Positions 63,999-64,000 of a DNA stretch of 64,000 nucleotides are shown here, in pieces. The position numbers were made by a program, and so were the translations under genes. The notes beneath the pieces are model-generated. The model was given only the letters and a program-made list of their open reading frames with translations. It was not told the DNA's origin and ran no database searches. The first letter of the stretch is position 1. Each line of letters starts with the position of its first letter. Origin of the DNA: an uncultured delta proteobacterium (GTDB lineage: Bacteria; Desulfobacterota; BSN033; UBA1163); NCBI GenBank assembly GCA_963827685.1, contig CAWHBU010000003.1:384001-448000 (forward strand). The letters run 5' to 3'.

Positions 63999-64000
63999 AC

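Overview
This looks like the chromosome of an anaerobic bacterium, probably Desulfobacterota/Deltaproteobacteria, inferred from gene content (sigma-54 systems, AOR, CooC, GEMM riboswitch). Housekeeping blocks are recO-glyQ-glyS, ftsK-lolA, fusA paralog-birA-coaX, kdsB and carD-yacL-ispD-ispF-gltX-cysS. Accessory blocks are: (i) a sigma-54 controlled omega-amine catabolic cluster (gabT, CoA ligase, gdh, M20 deacylase, Liv ABC transporter, adh fragment, AOR) that runs into a zone of gene fragments and an intact IS3; (ii) a glpD-like / alkyl-DHAP synthase-like / FGGY kinase trio; (iii) a two-kinase, response regulator and GGDEF-HD-GYP signalling operon. The most notable signals are non-coding. 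A Phe/Tyr-rich leader peptide (MFNFYFFYFVGRHP) with a terminator/antiterminator switch lies ahead of a class I aminotransferase. A c-di-GMP-I riboswitch is split by two palindromic insertions. Several families of small palindromic or heptamer repeat elements occupy many intergenic spaces and are nested inside one another. All calls are by eye and from motif recall; no database searches or folding programs were run.
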